From contig CAVVWZ010000098.1 in the NCBI GenBank assembly GCA_963752035.1, positions 8,461 through 72,460 of the forward strand: a stretch of 64,000 bases of DNA, given 5' to 3'. The stretch's first letter is position 1; each line of letters starts with the position of its first letter. The DNA comes from an uncultured delta proteobacterium (lineage in GTDB: Bacteria; Desulfobacterota; WTBG01). The notes beneath the pieces are model-generated. The model was not told the origin of the DNA, ran no database searches, and worked only from the letters and a program-made list of their open reading frames with translations. Of this stretch, positions 1 to 10,498 are shown piece by piece. Both the position numbers and the translations under genes were made by a program.

Positions 1-387
1 AGCGAAAGAGGTAGCCTGAAAGCATAGCAAGAAAAAGAGTGAACAACCAATCAGACAAAAACTCGTTTTAAATGCGCGTATTACGTTCATTATCTCTCCT
101 TTATAGATTATAAAGATTGGCTGGGGACCATCTGCACACAACAGTTGAAAGATTAGAGTGAATACAGTACCCCTGGTGGTAAAGACTTTTTCGGTAGGAA
201 GAAATAAAACTTTAGAGCCAACTAACAAAGATTGTTCCCCTCTCCGTGGTGCCAGGGGGATAAGCATATCTACCTTCAAGCACAAAAAAATTACCAGCCT
301 GATCAAAAGGACTTTCCATAAGTTGTGAAATGTGCTAATTATTCATTAATTGATCAGGACTGATTACACATTTTCGAGGGGATATAG

Positions 388-1308
388 ATGCAGGTTCTCA
401 TAACAGGTGGTGCAGGTTTCATCGGTTCTCATGTGGCCGATCTTTTGATAGAGGAAGGTCATGCGGTTACTGTTGTTGACGATTTGTCAAGTGGAAAAGA
501 AGAGAACATACATCCTCAAGCAACCTTCTACCCTTTGAGTATTTTAGATACAAAGTTGTCTGACGTATTCAGCGGAAAGAGGATAGATGCGGTCATCCAC
601 CATGCTGCGCAGATTTCTGTAAGAGATTCCGTAAAAGACCCAATCAATGATATGGAAATAAATATCAAAGGGTCTCTTAACCTTTTAGAAAACTGTGTAA
701 AGAACAACATTAGTAAATTTATTTTTGCTTCGACTGGAGGAGCCCTCTATGGAGAACAGGACTATTTTCCTGCGGATGAGCAGCATCCCACCAGACCCCT
801 CAGCCCCTATGCCATTGCAAAATTGAGCACAGAAAAATACCTCTCCTTTTATCACAACACACACAAGCTTTCTTACATCTCTCTCAGATATTCTAATGTT
901 TACGGTCCTCGGCAGGACCCCCATGGTGAAGCCGGTGTAGTCGCTATCTTTGCAGAGAAAATGCTTCAGGGTAAACAGCCAATAATCAATGGTGACGGCA
1001 AGCAAACCAGGGATTTTGTCTATGTTCGGGATGTTGCGCGAGCCAATCTGCTCGCTTTGACCCACGATTTTATCGGTGAGATCAACATTGCCACCGGCAT
1101 CGAGACCTCGATCAACACCATTTTTCAAGAAATCAAAAACCTGTTATCATCAAATACCCCGGAAGTACACGGGCCACCTATGCCCGGTGAACAGTTAAGA
1201 AGTGTCCTCTCTTTCAACAATGCCAGAAGCATCTTAGGATGGGAACCAACCGTTCCCCTTACTGAAGGATTAAAGCCAACCGTCACCTTTTTCAAAAACA
1301 AAGCCTAA
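388..1308 (+). CDS. NAD-dependent epimerase/dehydratase, UDP-glucose 4-epimerase-like (extended SDR)
   Basis: 306-aa ORF. Rossmann motif ITGGAGFIGSH at the N-terminus, catalytic YxxxK (YAIAKLSTEKY), full-length extended-SDR layout. Confidence 0.8.
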   Translation: MQVLITGGAGFIGSHVADLLIEEGHAVTVVDDLSSGKEENIHPQATFYPLSILDTKLSDVFSGKRIDAVIHHAAQISVRDSVKDPINDMEINIKGSLNLLENCVKNNISKFIFASTGGALYGEQDYFPADEQHPTRPLSPYAIAKLSTEKYLSFYHNTHKLSYISLRYSNVYGPRQDPHGEAGVVAIFAEKMLQGKQPIINGDGKQTRDFVYVRDVARANLLALTHDFIGEINIATGIETSINTIFQEIKNLLSSNTPEVHGPPMPGEQLRSVLSFNNARSILGWEPTVPLTEGLKPTVTFFKNKA

Positions 1309-1789
1309 TGCTGCCCACCGTCTATCAATACCCCTTTACCATATGACCACCAGAGTAGTCTTATCCTTAATTTTCCGTTGGTAATCAACAAACCAACTCT
1401 TTTATCCAGTGCTTTTCTCTATAGTCACTTTGACTCAACATGTCTCCACAATGGTTTTCAACAAATAATCAATCGTTTTCTTTCACCCTGTATGCTAGTT
1501 CTAATCTGACTGCCGGATATATGTTCTAAGAATTCTCAGCAGAGTTTCTTATTCATTATCTCCTGGAATGACATTTCACATTTTATCCGAATAACTACAT
1601 TATTTTTCATAATCTTCACACCTGATGCAGCCTCCGGCCTGATATCCAGGGGTCATCTGAATATTCGCCACCTGCACTTTTCAGCCACCACCTTTGAGTT
1701 CAGTTAAATCTACACTACATTATACACACTGCAGGCTATGGTATCTTGTTTGCATAGTTACCTCTAAAAAGTACTCTTGGGGAGATTCT

Positions 1790-3580
1790 ATGCGCTTATT
1801 ACAATCGATAGTTATTTCACTGACATTCATTATTTACAATTATCCCTACCTGTCACGGGGATTCTTTAAACCTGGAATGGAATCCCAATGGTGAAGGGGA
1901 CCTTGACAGGATACTACGTGTACTACGGCACTTCCCCCGGTTCCTATGGCGATCCTATCGATGTGGAAAATGTGACAGAATACGAACTTACAGGCTTAGA
2001 TCAAGGGGTACGATATTACGTAGCTATTACAGCCTACGACACTTCTGATAATGAAAGTGAAAAATCCGATGAAGAAAGTGGAGTACCTCCTGACACCCAG
2101 AACCCTTCAGTCACTATCACCATTCCAACGGCATCATCAAACTATTCTACCTCTAACAGCACCATCACCCTGGGTGGTACAGCTTCAGACAACGTAGGAG
2201 TAACAGTGGTGAGCTGGGTTAATAATAGAGGGGGTTCAGGTTCCGCATCTGGAACCACCAATTGGTCCATCTCCGGCATCAATCTGCAGTCGGGTAATAA
2301 TACCATCACGGTTACCGGGCGTGATGCTGCTGACAACACTGGGACTGACAGCATAACAATTAATTATACTCCTCTTACAACAACTACTACTAGCGTACTT
2401 TCTACAACCACAACCTCCGTGGCATCAACAACCACTTCTGCACCCACAACCACGACTTCAGCGGTCTCTACAACTACAACTGTACCCACTACCACTACTT
2501 CCGTTGCCTCAACAACAACTACAGCAGCTGCTACTACTTCAACTTCCGCCCCTGCAACTACAACAACACCCGCTACCACTACCAGCATACCCGGAACTAC
2601 TACCATCCCCGTGGCAACAACCACCACGGTGCAACCGGGAGTCAACCCGGTGAGCGGTAACATTATTATAAATAACGGTGCCTCAGTGACCGATTCACCC
2701 GAGGTTACCTTAACCCTCTTCGCCACCGCCAATGATCCAGTGCCGGCAACTTCAAGCCCAATCCTCGCTGGAGAAGAACTTGGTTCAGACGCAGTAATGT
2801 CTATCAGCAACGACGGCACAACAATGGTCTCCCCTCGAACCATACAGGCAAACAAAACAGTGGACTCTGGAACCCGGGGACGGAACAAAAACGGTTTACG
2901 CCCAATTCAGCACAGGTGATGGCAGGTGGATGACCGAATCCGCACAAGCTCAAATAATCCTTGAAGGATCTCAAAGCACCTGTGCTGACCCGCAAAAGAT
3001 CCAGCCAGTTTCTGTAACAGCATCCAGTGCGTCGCCCCGTTACTCTGCGGATAACCTTATTGATGGTGACCCATCAACGGCATGGTCTTCCGTGATTTCA
3101 CTCTTCAAAAAAGATCAATACATCACTCTTGATTTTGGCACCACAAAGAAGATTAGCGGACTTACCATGTATGCCTCCCAGCTGTTTGGTGTAGACTTCT
3201 TTCCCACAAACTTTGCGATACAGGTAAGTCAGGATAACGCTACCTGGGTAGACATCAGCAGAGAGCAGGGTTATGTCTTTGGCCAATCCATCTCTTCCGG
3301 CAACTGGGAAACGAACGGTCTTGAGTCTCGATACATCAGAATCCATATTACCAAGTCAAAAACACTCTTTCTCTTATTCAAACTAGCCCAGATTGCCGAG
3401 ATAGAAGTGTACGGCTGCAATCCAACAGGAGAAATACCACTTCTTGCCGGGGAACAGTTATCTGGTGAAAGTAGTGAACAACACACAGTCAGCACTCAAA
3501 AGGTATCGAACAGGGAAACTGAAAACCGGAACATGGCTCTGAGCGCCCCTGGCAGGCCAGCAGTAACATTCTTAAAGTAA
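1790..3580 (+). pseudogene. Large secreted surface protein (FN3 domain, Thr-rich linker, F5/8 type C / discoidin-like C-terminus) interrupted by three +1 frame shifts
   Basis: ATG 1790 follows GGAG and opens a hydrophobic N-terminus (MRLLQSIVISLTFII). The FN3 sense runs across frames: ...SLNLEWNPNGEGDL | TGYYVYYGTSPGSY...YYVAITAYDTSDNES. ORF 1888..2919 joins ORF 2930..3580 through ...MSISNDGTT | WSPLEPYRQTKQWTLEPGDGTKTVYAQFSTGDGRWMTESAQ... Discoidin-like tail: DGDPSTAWSS...IAEIEVYG. One base must be skipped near 1847, 1905 and 2822. Confidence 0.6.
2376..2627 (+). repeat. Thr-rich low-complexity coding repeat (mucin-like linker) inside the surface-protein gene
   Basis: Translation is iterated TTTTS(V/A)xS units (TTTTSVLSTTTTSVASTTTSAPTTTTSAVSTTTTVPTTTTSVASTTTT...). 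The antisense poly-Val ORF 2364..2888 is a by-product. Confidence 0.8.
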
Positions 3581-3631
3581 TACACATCCGGAAATACTGA
3601 ACAATAACACTCTTTAGAGGATCACAAGAAC

Positions 3632-5080
3632 ATGAAAAACATAGTCAGACACCTATCACTCTGGAACAGTCTACGGGCCCTTGCATGTACTATCCTGCTT
3701 TATCTTGTTACGGTTCAGGTTAATGAGGCCTTATCATACTTTGATCAAGCAACTTACTTTAAGGAGCACAAGGCCCTTATATCGTGGGCACCCTCAAGGG
3801 GACCGGTAGACCACTACCTTATGGAAATTACCGACACACAGTTCTTCCCTAGTTCGGGACAGAAAAATGGCCTCACAAAGATATGCCAGAAAACCACACC
3901 ACTGCCGTTCTATCAACTCACCTGTGAACACAACCACTCCTATCAAGTACGGGTAAAAGCTGTTTCTCCTTCAGGAAACTCTTCACCTTATTCAGAAACA
4001 AGCATACTCTTTATGTGCGATCAGAAAAAACCGGAAATCCATCTTTCATCTCTTCCACTGTCACCAAATGTCCGATCTCCAATCTTTTCACTATCCGGGA
4101 GTTTCGATGAGTCCAATCTTGAAGCCATTACCATAAACGAGGTTGCGGCCACCATTAAGGCTGCTGAAAAACATTTTGAGTCCACTGTACAGCTTGCTCC
4201 GGGAGACAACCTGATAACTCTTAAGGCATGGGATCTGGCAGGCAACATCACTACAAGAAACCTGGCAATTGCCTATTCCCCTCTTTCCAGGAGTGACGAT
4301 AATCTGTCTCCTTTCGAAGTTGACTATAACAATGACGGTACAAAAGATCTATTGGTTGGCACAGAAGAAGGGCGGATTGCACTGTTCACCAACACAGGGA
4401 CAGATGCCGAACCGGTTTTTTCAGACTATGACTTCCTGACAGTTGATGGAAAAACAATTGATGTCGGCACCCATGCAGCACCCTTCATGGTTGATTATAA
4501 TAATGATGGCATACCTGATCTTTTGGCGGGTAACGGAGAGGGATCGCTTCTTTACTATGAAAACCGGGGAAGCACAACCCACTCTGCTTTTGAGCAACCC
4601 ACTGTCCTTAAGGATGCTCACGGTACTCGTCTTGCCGTAGACTCAAACTGCACACCCTGTATTGTCGATTGGGATGATGATAACAAGAAGGACATTCTTC
4701 TGGGCAGCGGCAATGGCGCGCTGGTGCTCTATCGCAACGAAGGAAGTGACAGTGAACCACTCTTTTCCCTACCCACTCAGATCGAGGTTGATGGTGCGGA
4801 AATCAAATTTACCAGCCAGGTCGTTCCCGTGGTTGGGGACTGGAATGATGACGGTGGAAAAGATCTGCTGGTGAGAAACCGGGAAGGACGGTGTTTTCTT
4901 TTCCTAAACGAAGTTGTACGTGGCGAACCCGATTTGTTCCGGGCTGAACAATTTCAGGTTGGGGATTCGAAGCCCACCTCATCCGGATTTCCTGTTCCCA
5001 TTCCCTTTTACTGGAACCAGTTTGGTGAAGAAAGCTACCTGGATGGATACAGCTACACTTCTCTGAATCATTCCCTCTAA
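3632..5080 (+). CDS. Exported FN3 plus FG-GAP/VCBS-repeat (beta-propeller type) surface protein
   Basis: N-terminal hydrophobic segment, an FN3-like region (YQVRVKAVSPSGNSSPYSE), then four or five FG-GAP-type repeats: DYNNDGTKDLLVGTEEGRIALFTN, DYNNDGIPDLLAGNGEGSLLYYEN, DWDDDNKKDILLGSGNGALVLYRN, DWNDDGGKDLLVRNREGRCFLFLN. Confidence 0.7.
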   Translation: MKNIVRHLSLWNSLRALACTILLYLVTVQVNEALSYFDQATYFKEHKALISWAPSRGPVDHYLMEITDTQFFPSSGQKNGLTKICQKTTPLPFYQLTCEHNHSYQVRVKAVSPSGNSSPYSETSILFMCDQKKPEIHLSSLPLSPNVRSPIFSLSGSFDESNLEAITINEVAATIKAAEKHFESTVQLAPGDNLITLKAWDLAGNITTRNLAIAYSPLSRSDDNLSPFEVDYNNDGTKDLLVGTEEGRIALFTNTGTDAEPVFSDYDFLTVDGKTIDVGTHAAPFMVDYNNDGIPDLLAGNGEGSLLYYENRGSTTHSAFEQPTVLKDAHGTRLAVDSNCTPCIVDWDDDNKKDILLGSGNGALVLYRNEGSDSEPLFSLPTQIEVDGAEIKFTSQVVPVVGDWNDDGGKDLLVRNREGRCFLFLNEVVRGEPDLFRAEQFQVGDSKPTSSGFPVPIPFYWNQFGEESYLDGYSYTSLNHSL

Positions 5081-5104
5081 CACAATGAAGGACAACCAAA
5101 GAAC

Positions 5105-5615
5105 ATGAGTCAAGGAGGTTTTAAAGTAATGAAAAAAGAGTTGGAGATTGCTGTACTAAACGGTAACAATTCCAGTCAGGCAAGCAAAAACCTTTACCAG
5201 CGGCACAACAGAGAAGGTATTCCTTACATTGAAGTACGTAAAGGGAAAAACCTACGGAGAGATATGGTTCGAAACCCCTCACAATATACCGTTTAATCCT
5301 AAACCGGTATTTCATCTAAAAGAATGGTATGAATCATACTGGTTGAAGAGAAGGGGATACAAGGGCCTTCACCCCTACAGATTAAGTATCGGGCCGACTG
5401 CCATATGGTTTAAATTTACCCTTAACGACTTTGATCTGATCAAAAAACAGTTAACCAAGCTGACATGGAAACAATCCGCCCAAAAGAGTAAAAAACGTCT
5501 TTCTCTCAAAGCAGCTTCTGACAAGCTCTTCTGGGAATATGCTGATCAATATTTCGAAAAAAGCAGAATGGCAAATCGTAAGATAGGGCAAAAGGTTAGG
5601 CTCGCAGGCTGGTAA
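5105..5615 (+). pseudogene. Hypothetical protein, apparently split by a +1 shift in an A5 run
   Basis: ORF 5105..5296 and ORF 5229..5615 (TTG start only, no SD) overlap. Skipping one A in the run 5246-5250 joins ...IEVRKGK | TYGEIWFETPHNIPF... No family recognised. Confidence 0.3.
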
Positions 5616-5672
5616 CGGCAGAAAGGTATTTTCCGGGAAATGGCACTATTTTATTGTTAAGGGAAAAAGGAA

Positions 5673-5951
5673 ATGGAATTTACACAGAGCACTCTACTTG
5701 AAATCCCTCTATGGCACATAGAGCTCATGATGGCGATGATGATCCTCTGCCTTGCACTGAGACGATACGTGCTGGGATTACTGGGAGCAATTCTATTCAT
5801 CATGTACTGGGGATATATTTGGAACCTGGATAAATTCATCAATCAGCCATTGGAATTCAATTACATGACCGTCTGCTTTATACTCACGGCCGGAATAACT
5901 GCCCTCCTGGTTGTGGTCTTAGCAGTGCATTCTTTTTCCCTAAAAGAATGA
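5673..5951 (+). CDS. Small integral membrane protein, hypothetical
   Basis: 92-aa ORF with hydrophobic helices (LMMAMMILCLAL, LLGAILFIMYWGYIW, FILTAGITALLVVVLAV). No family recognised. Confidence 0.4.
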   Translation: MEFTQSTLLEIPLWHIELMMAMMILCLALRRYVLGLLGAILFIMYWGYIWNLDKFINQPLEFNYMTVCFILTAGITALLVVVLAVHSFSLKE

Positions 5952-5978
5952 TTCCAAGCAGGCACTACCTGAGGATCA

Positions 5979-7449
5979 TTACAGTCGCAGATCATATTCA
6001 CTGATCAGCCGGGAAAGGTAGGTTCTCTGAATTCCCATAACTTCAGCAGCCTTTTTCCTGTTGCCGTGGGTATAGGCCAATGTCTTCTTCAAAAATTCCT
6101 TTTTGAATAAATCCTGAGCATCTTTTAAGGTCATTCCCACCTCAACACCTCCCTGGAAACCGGGATCGGATTTGCCAATAGGAAGATCACTCGTCATGAT
6201 TTTAATTCCATCTCCCATCACGACGGCTCGCTCAATTGCATTCTCCAGTTCACGCACATTCCCCGGCCAGTCATAACTGAGAATGGCCTTCATGGCTTCA
6301 GTGGAAAACTCTGTTTTCCGCATACCCCTTTCAGCGTTAAACTTGGTAAGAAAGTATTCTGCCAATACACGCATATCCTCCCGCCGTTCCCGGAGGGGCG
6401 GGACCTTTAATTGAATTACATTGAGCCTGTAGAAGAGATCTTCTCTAAAGTGGCCATCCTTTGTCATAGTCTTTAAATGTCTATTGGTAGCAGATATGAC
6501 CCTAACATCCACCGTTATGGGAACAGAACTGCCGATACGGTTAAAGGTGCCTTCCTGCAATACCCGTAACAGCTTTACCTGCATGCTTTGACTCATTTCA
6601 CCTATCTCATCAAGAAATATTGTACCGCCATCGGCTGTCTCAAATAAACCGATCTTTTTATACAGTGCCCCCGTAAATGATCCTTTCTCGTGCCCAAAAA
6701 GTTCTGCTTCCAAAAGTGTTTCAGGCAGGGCTCCGCAATTGACAATAACGAACGGTTTATCTCGTCGCAATCCGGACCGGTGAATGAGTCTGGCTAACAG
6801 CTCTTTTCCCGTACCGCTCTCGCCTTCAATCAATACAGTTGTTTTAGAATTAGCTACCTTAAGTGCATCAGCAATGACCTGTTTTATTGCCTTACTCTCT
6901 CCCACGATGTGATATCTCATCTCCAACTGATTTTTCAGATCTTCATTCTCTTCAAAAAGCTTTTTATATTCTTGAGCTTTAACAATGGCTGATGCAGCTA
7001 AGTTCGCGAAAGACAACGAGTATTTCCATGTCTTCATTTCTTATAGCCTTACCATCCTCCCGATCAATGATTTCAACCACTCCTATGACGTCCTCCCCTA
7101 TCTTCATTGGCACACATGCAATGGAGGTGGTATCAAAACCGATTGATTCACTAATTTTCTTGTCCCACAGAGGATCTTTGGTCACATCTTCCACCAGGAG
7201 GGGTTTTCCTGTTTTTGCCACATATCCAGCAATGCCTTCCCCGAGACCTACCTCAAATTTTTTAACATCATCTTTCTTGTCACCAGTAGCTACTTGAAAA
7301 TAAAGTTTTTTCGTCTTTTCATCCAGCAGCAGCAATGAACTTGCACGAGCCTTCATCACCTCAGTAATTGACTCTATAATTAATCCTAAAAGATGTTCGA
7401 GATCAAAAACCGAAGTTACCAGAGATGAGATGTTGGAAAAAAATTGCAA
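5979..7449 (-). pseudogene. Sigma-54-dependent transcriptional activator (GAF sensor, AAA+ domain, Fis-type HTH) with one +1 frame shift
   Basis: GAF ORF 6979..7449 overlaps AAA+/HTH ORF 5979..7037. The sense joins as ...NEDMEIL | SLSFANLAASAIVKAQEY when one base near 7017 is skipped. Walker A GESGTGKE, GAFTGA-type loop GSFTGA, Walker B FLDEIGE, C-terminal HTH AAEVMGIQRTYLSRLI. Confidence 0.8.
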
Positions 7450-7550
7450 TCTTGGATCCTGACACTTTATCTTGTTCTTTCATAGACAACCTCAATTGAG
7501 TGAAACAGACACACCCCCTGAAACAATATATGGACATATATCTGAAGCTA

Positions 7551-7635
7551 TGTGCTGCTCCCCGCGCACCCCAGTTACATGAGCTCTGCATTTAACCGGG
7601 CAGGCAGCGCGGGGTTTGCTCAGCACCTGCCGGCC
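7551..7635. repeat. Intergenic direct repeat, copy 1 (~85 nt)
   Basis: tgtgctgctccccgcgcaccccagttacatgagctctgcatttaaccgggcagg...tttgctcagcacctgccggcc aligns with 7761-7840. The first 50 nt align column by column with 8 mismatches, then a 5-nt indel, then an identical ttgctcagcacctgccgg. Confidence 0.8.
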
Positions 7636-7760
7636 AGCACTATGCTGCCGTACCGCTGTCAATGAGTTATTATATAGTGCACTTATTGTTATCGACATTC
7701 CTCGAGAAATTCTTTAATTATTTACAAAATGTGCACTTTATGTAACCCCTGTTCTGTATA

Positions 7761-7840
7761 AGTGATGCTACCCACGCACCCTAGTTACATAAGCTGTGCA
7801 TTTAACCGGCCAGGCGTGGCTTGCTCAGCACCTGCCGGTC
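7761..7840. repeat. Intergenic direct repeat, copy 2 (~80 nt)
   Basis: agtgatgctacccacgcaccctagttacataagctgtgcatttaaccggccaggcgtggcttgctcagcacctgccggtc, lying 210 nt downstream of copy 1. Confidence 0.8.
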
Positions 7841-8000
7841 GATTTCAGACTCTTTTCCACTAAAGTTGTAGAAAAAGGCACCGATACTAATAAATAGAGT
7901 TCAGTGGTTACAAATCACCAGAAATCAAACAGATTGTTTTAAGCAACTGACATCTCTGAACTCACACATAATGCCAACCATTTCTAACGACTAACTACCC

Positions 8001-9098
8001 ATGGAACTCTCTGAACTTCTAAAAAACATGACAGAAAAAGGTGCATCTGATTTGCATCTGCGCCCTATGACAAAACCAATTATACGGGTTGATGGTAACC
8101 TGGTCAGCACCGACTATGAGCCGGTCACCATAGAAGAAATTGAGGCTATGGCTGACAGTATCATGAACGAGTACTTAAAAAAGAAATTCCTGCTAAAACA
8201 TTCTGTTGACACATCTCACTCTGTTCCAGGAGTAGGCAGATTCAGGGTAAACATTTTTCAACAGAGAGGTACAACTTCCCTTGTTTTAAGGAATATTCCT
8301 TTCAAGGTGCCGACTACCGAATCACTCAATTTACCCCCGGTTGTTAAATCATTTTGTTCAAAGCCACAAGGGCTGTTAATCGTAACCGGGCCAACCGGCT
8401 CGGGTAAATCTTCAACGCTTGCTTCCATGGTTGAAGTTATTAACGAAAAAAGAAACCTGCACATCATCACTATAGAAGACCCCATTGAATATCTCTTTAA
8501 AAACAAAAACTGCATTATCACCCAACGGGAAATTGGTATCGACACCCCCAATTTTGCCCACGCACTCAAGGATGCCCTTCGGCAGGACCCTGATGTAATT
8601 CTCATCGGTGAAATGAGAGATATCGAAACGACGACCATTGCAATGAATGCCGCGGAAACCGGCCATCTTATATTGAGCACGATGCACGCAAACAACACGT
8701 ACGAAGCAGTCTCACGTATCATTGATATCTTTCCCAAAGACCAGCAAAATCAGATAAAAATCCAACTTTCTAATGTACTTCTGGGGGCAATCTCCCAGAG
8801 GCTTATAAACAGGGTGGACGGAGCCGGCAGAATTCCTGCAATAGAAATTCTCATCGGCACTCCAGCAGTCAGAAAAATGATCCTCCACAACCAGTACAAA
8901 GACATACTGGAACAGATCGAGAAATCTGTAGTGCACTATGGCATGCAATCCCTGGAACAATCACTGCTTGCTTTGCTGGCAAACAAAATGATTAACTTAG
9001 ACGAGGCAAGAAGTACTACATTACGCCAGGGAGAATTTGATCTGATGAGAGAACAACTCGGTATTGGTGAGTTGGGAGGGTTTAACTTTACAAACTAG
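8001..9098 (+). CDS. pilT: Type IV pilus retraction (twitching motility) ATPase PilT
   Basis: 365 aa. Walker A GPTGSGKSST, Asp/His-box region ILIGEMRD...STMHANN, full-length PilT-type secretion ATPase pattern. Confidence 0.9.
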   Translation: MELSELLKNMTEKGASDLHLRPMTKPIIRVDGNLVSTDYEPVTIEEIEAMADSIMNEYLKKKFLLKHSVDTSHSVPGVGRFRVNIFQQRGTTSLVLRNIPFKVPTTESLNLPPVVKSFCSKPQGLLIVTGPTGSGKSSTLASMVEVINEKRNLHIITIEDPIEYLFKNKNCIITQREIGIDTPNFAHALKDALRQDPDVILIGEMRDIETTTIAMNAAETGHLILSTMHANNTYEAVSRIIDIFPKDQQNQIKIQLSNVLLGAISQRLINRVDGAGRIPAIEILIGTPAVRKMILHNQYKDILEQIEKSVVHYGMQSLEQSLLALLANKMINLDEARSTTLRQGEFDLMREQLGIGELGGFNFTN

Positions 9099-9134
9099 GA
9101 ATAACAGGTAATCACTTTTCGCGGGAGCATCATT

Positions 9135-9482
9135 ATGACTCAAGAATCGTATGCTGATTTTTCAATCATTCAGAAGTATCTTGATCAAAAAAAATATCAC
9201 GATGAAGCATTAAAAAACTATGATGCTAAAATAGCAGAGCTGGAAAGTGCTCTTACTGTCCTGAAGGATGAGATGAGTGCAAAAGACGACGTAATTAGCC
9301 AGCTGCAGGGTCACGTGGAAGAAAAAGAGATGCTCATTAAGGAACGGGAAAAAAGCTTGCAGGAACTCAACATTCAACTTCACCGGATCAAGCAACAAAT
9401 GGATCCTGTGCAACAACAGCAGGGGTCACAGGTTTTTGAGGATGCTGGATCTAAAAAAGCAAAATTCGGTTTTTTAAAATAG
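9135..9482 (+). CDS. Coiled-coil protein, hypothetical
   Basis: 115 aa, starts 36 nt after pilT. Heptad-rich Glu/Lys/Leu sequence (AELESALTVLKDEMSAKDDVISQLQGHVEEKEMLIKEREKSLQELNIQLHRIKQQ). Confidence 0.5.
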   Translation: MTQESYADFSIIQKYLDQKKYHDEALKNYDAKIAELESALTVLKDEMSAKDDVISQLQGHVEEKEMLIKEREKSLQELNIQLHRIKQQMDPVQQQQGSQVFEDAGSKKAKFGFLK

Positions 9483-9485
9483 ACA

Positions 9486-9507
9486 GGGACATCACACAGT
9501 GATGCCC
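9486..9507. terminator. Hairpin between convergent genes, possible terminator
   Basis: ggg(a)catcac-aca-gtgatgccc: 9-bp stem with one bulge. On the minus strand it is followed by tctatttt. Confidence 0.35.
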
Positions 9508-9522
9508 GTCAAACCTTCAGGC

Positions 9523-10488
9523 CTACAAACCTTCTTTTACCAACTCTCCTAACAGTTCTCTTTGCTTTTTATCCAAGTGCGTAGGGACTGCAACAATTAT
9601 CCGCAAATATAAATTTCCCTTCCCTTTACCTTTGAAATGGGGGAGACCATAACCCTTCAATCTAATTTTGCTGTGGCTCTGGGTTCCAGCCGGAACACGG
9701 ACCTTTCGTATCCCGTCAAAGGTGGTCACCTCAACAGTTGAACCAAGAGCTGCCTGGGTAAAGGATAGTTCTTTATCCAGCAGGAGATCACTGCCCTCTC
9801 TGGTAAAAACAGGGTGCTTTGTTACGGCAATTCTAATATACAGATCGCCGGAAGGCCCTCCGGAGCCCCCCTGTTGTCCCCTGCCGGGAATTCTCAACTT
9901 TTTGCCAGCACTGATTCCCGGGGGTATTTTCACATTCACCTTAGAGAGGGTTCCATCTTCCTTGCGAAAGGCAACCTGCTTGGAAGTACCAGAAGCAACC
10001 TCCTCAAGAGTAATAGAAAGATCATATACTAAGTCAGCACCCTTCTGAGCAGTTGTGTGATGCCCACGGCCAGTTCTCTGGAAATCACCGGTGCCGGTCT
10101 GTGAGTAGGCATTGAAAAAATCCTTAAAGTTTACTCTATTGGAAGTTCGCCTGCCGCCACCGAAGAGCGTGCTGAAAACATCATCACTGCCAACGCCCGA
10201 ATCCTTGAATAAATCACCGATATCAAAACCCTTAAAAATATCCTCCTGGGAATACCTCCTGTGAAAACCGGAATATCCAACAGCATCATATTCCTGCCGC
10301 TTCTTCTTATCGCTTAACACCGCGTAAGCTTCACTAACTCCCTTGAATTTTTCCTCAGCCGATTTATTCCCCTGATTTCTGTCGGGGTGATATTCCATAG
10401 CAAGCTTCCGATATGCTTTTTTGATTTCTGCTTCCGAAGCCCCCTTTTTTAAACCTAACACAGCATAGTAATCTTTTTTAGTAGCCAT
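9523..10488 (-). CDS. J-domain co-chaperone, CbpA/DnaJ class II-like (no zinc-finger region)
   Basis: J domain [35 protein letters not shown]-like region, DnaJ C-terminal beta domains. No CxxCxGxG repeats. Confidence 0.85.
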   Translation of the reverse strand: MATKKDYYAVLGLKKGASEAEIKKAYRKLAMEYHPDRNQGNKSAEEKFKGVSEAYAVLSDKKKRQEYDAVGYSGFHRRYSQEDIFKGFDIGDLFKDSGVGSDDVFSTLFGGGRRTSNRVNFKDFFNAYSQTGTGDFQRTGRGHHTTAQKGADLVYDLSITLEEVASGTSKQVAFRKEDGTLSKVNVKIPPGISAGKKLRIPGRGQQGGSGGPSGDLYIRIAVTKHPVFTREGSDLLLDKELSFTQAALGSTVEVTTFDGIRKVRVPAGTQSHSKIRLKGYGLPHFKGKGKGNLYLRIIVAVPTHLDKKQRELLGELVKEGL

Positions 10489-10498
10489 ATCCCCTCAT

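Noticed and set aside
2142-2888. Minus-strand ORFs 2364..2888 (174 aa, poly-Val) and 2142..2354
   Set aside because: They are the antisense of the Thr-rich (ACN) coding repeat. Low-complexity mirror ORFs with no start context.
5262-5275. ggttcgaaacc, resembling a tRNA T-loop
   Set aside because: The flanks do not form a T-stem or any cloverleaf, and it lies inside a coding frame.
8258-8960. Antisense and off-frame ORFs within pilT, and similar shadow ORFs inside nnr, ftsH, cimA, clp, dnaK and others
   Set aside because: They sit entirely within strongly supported genes, with no motifs and no start context.
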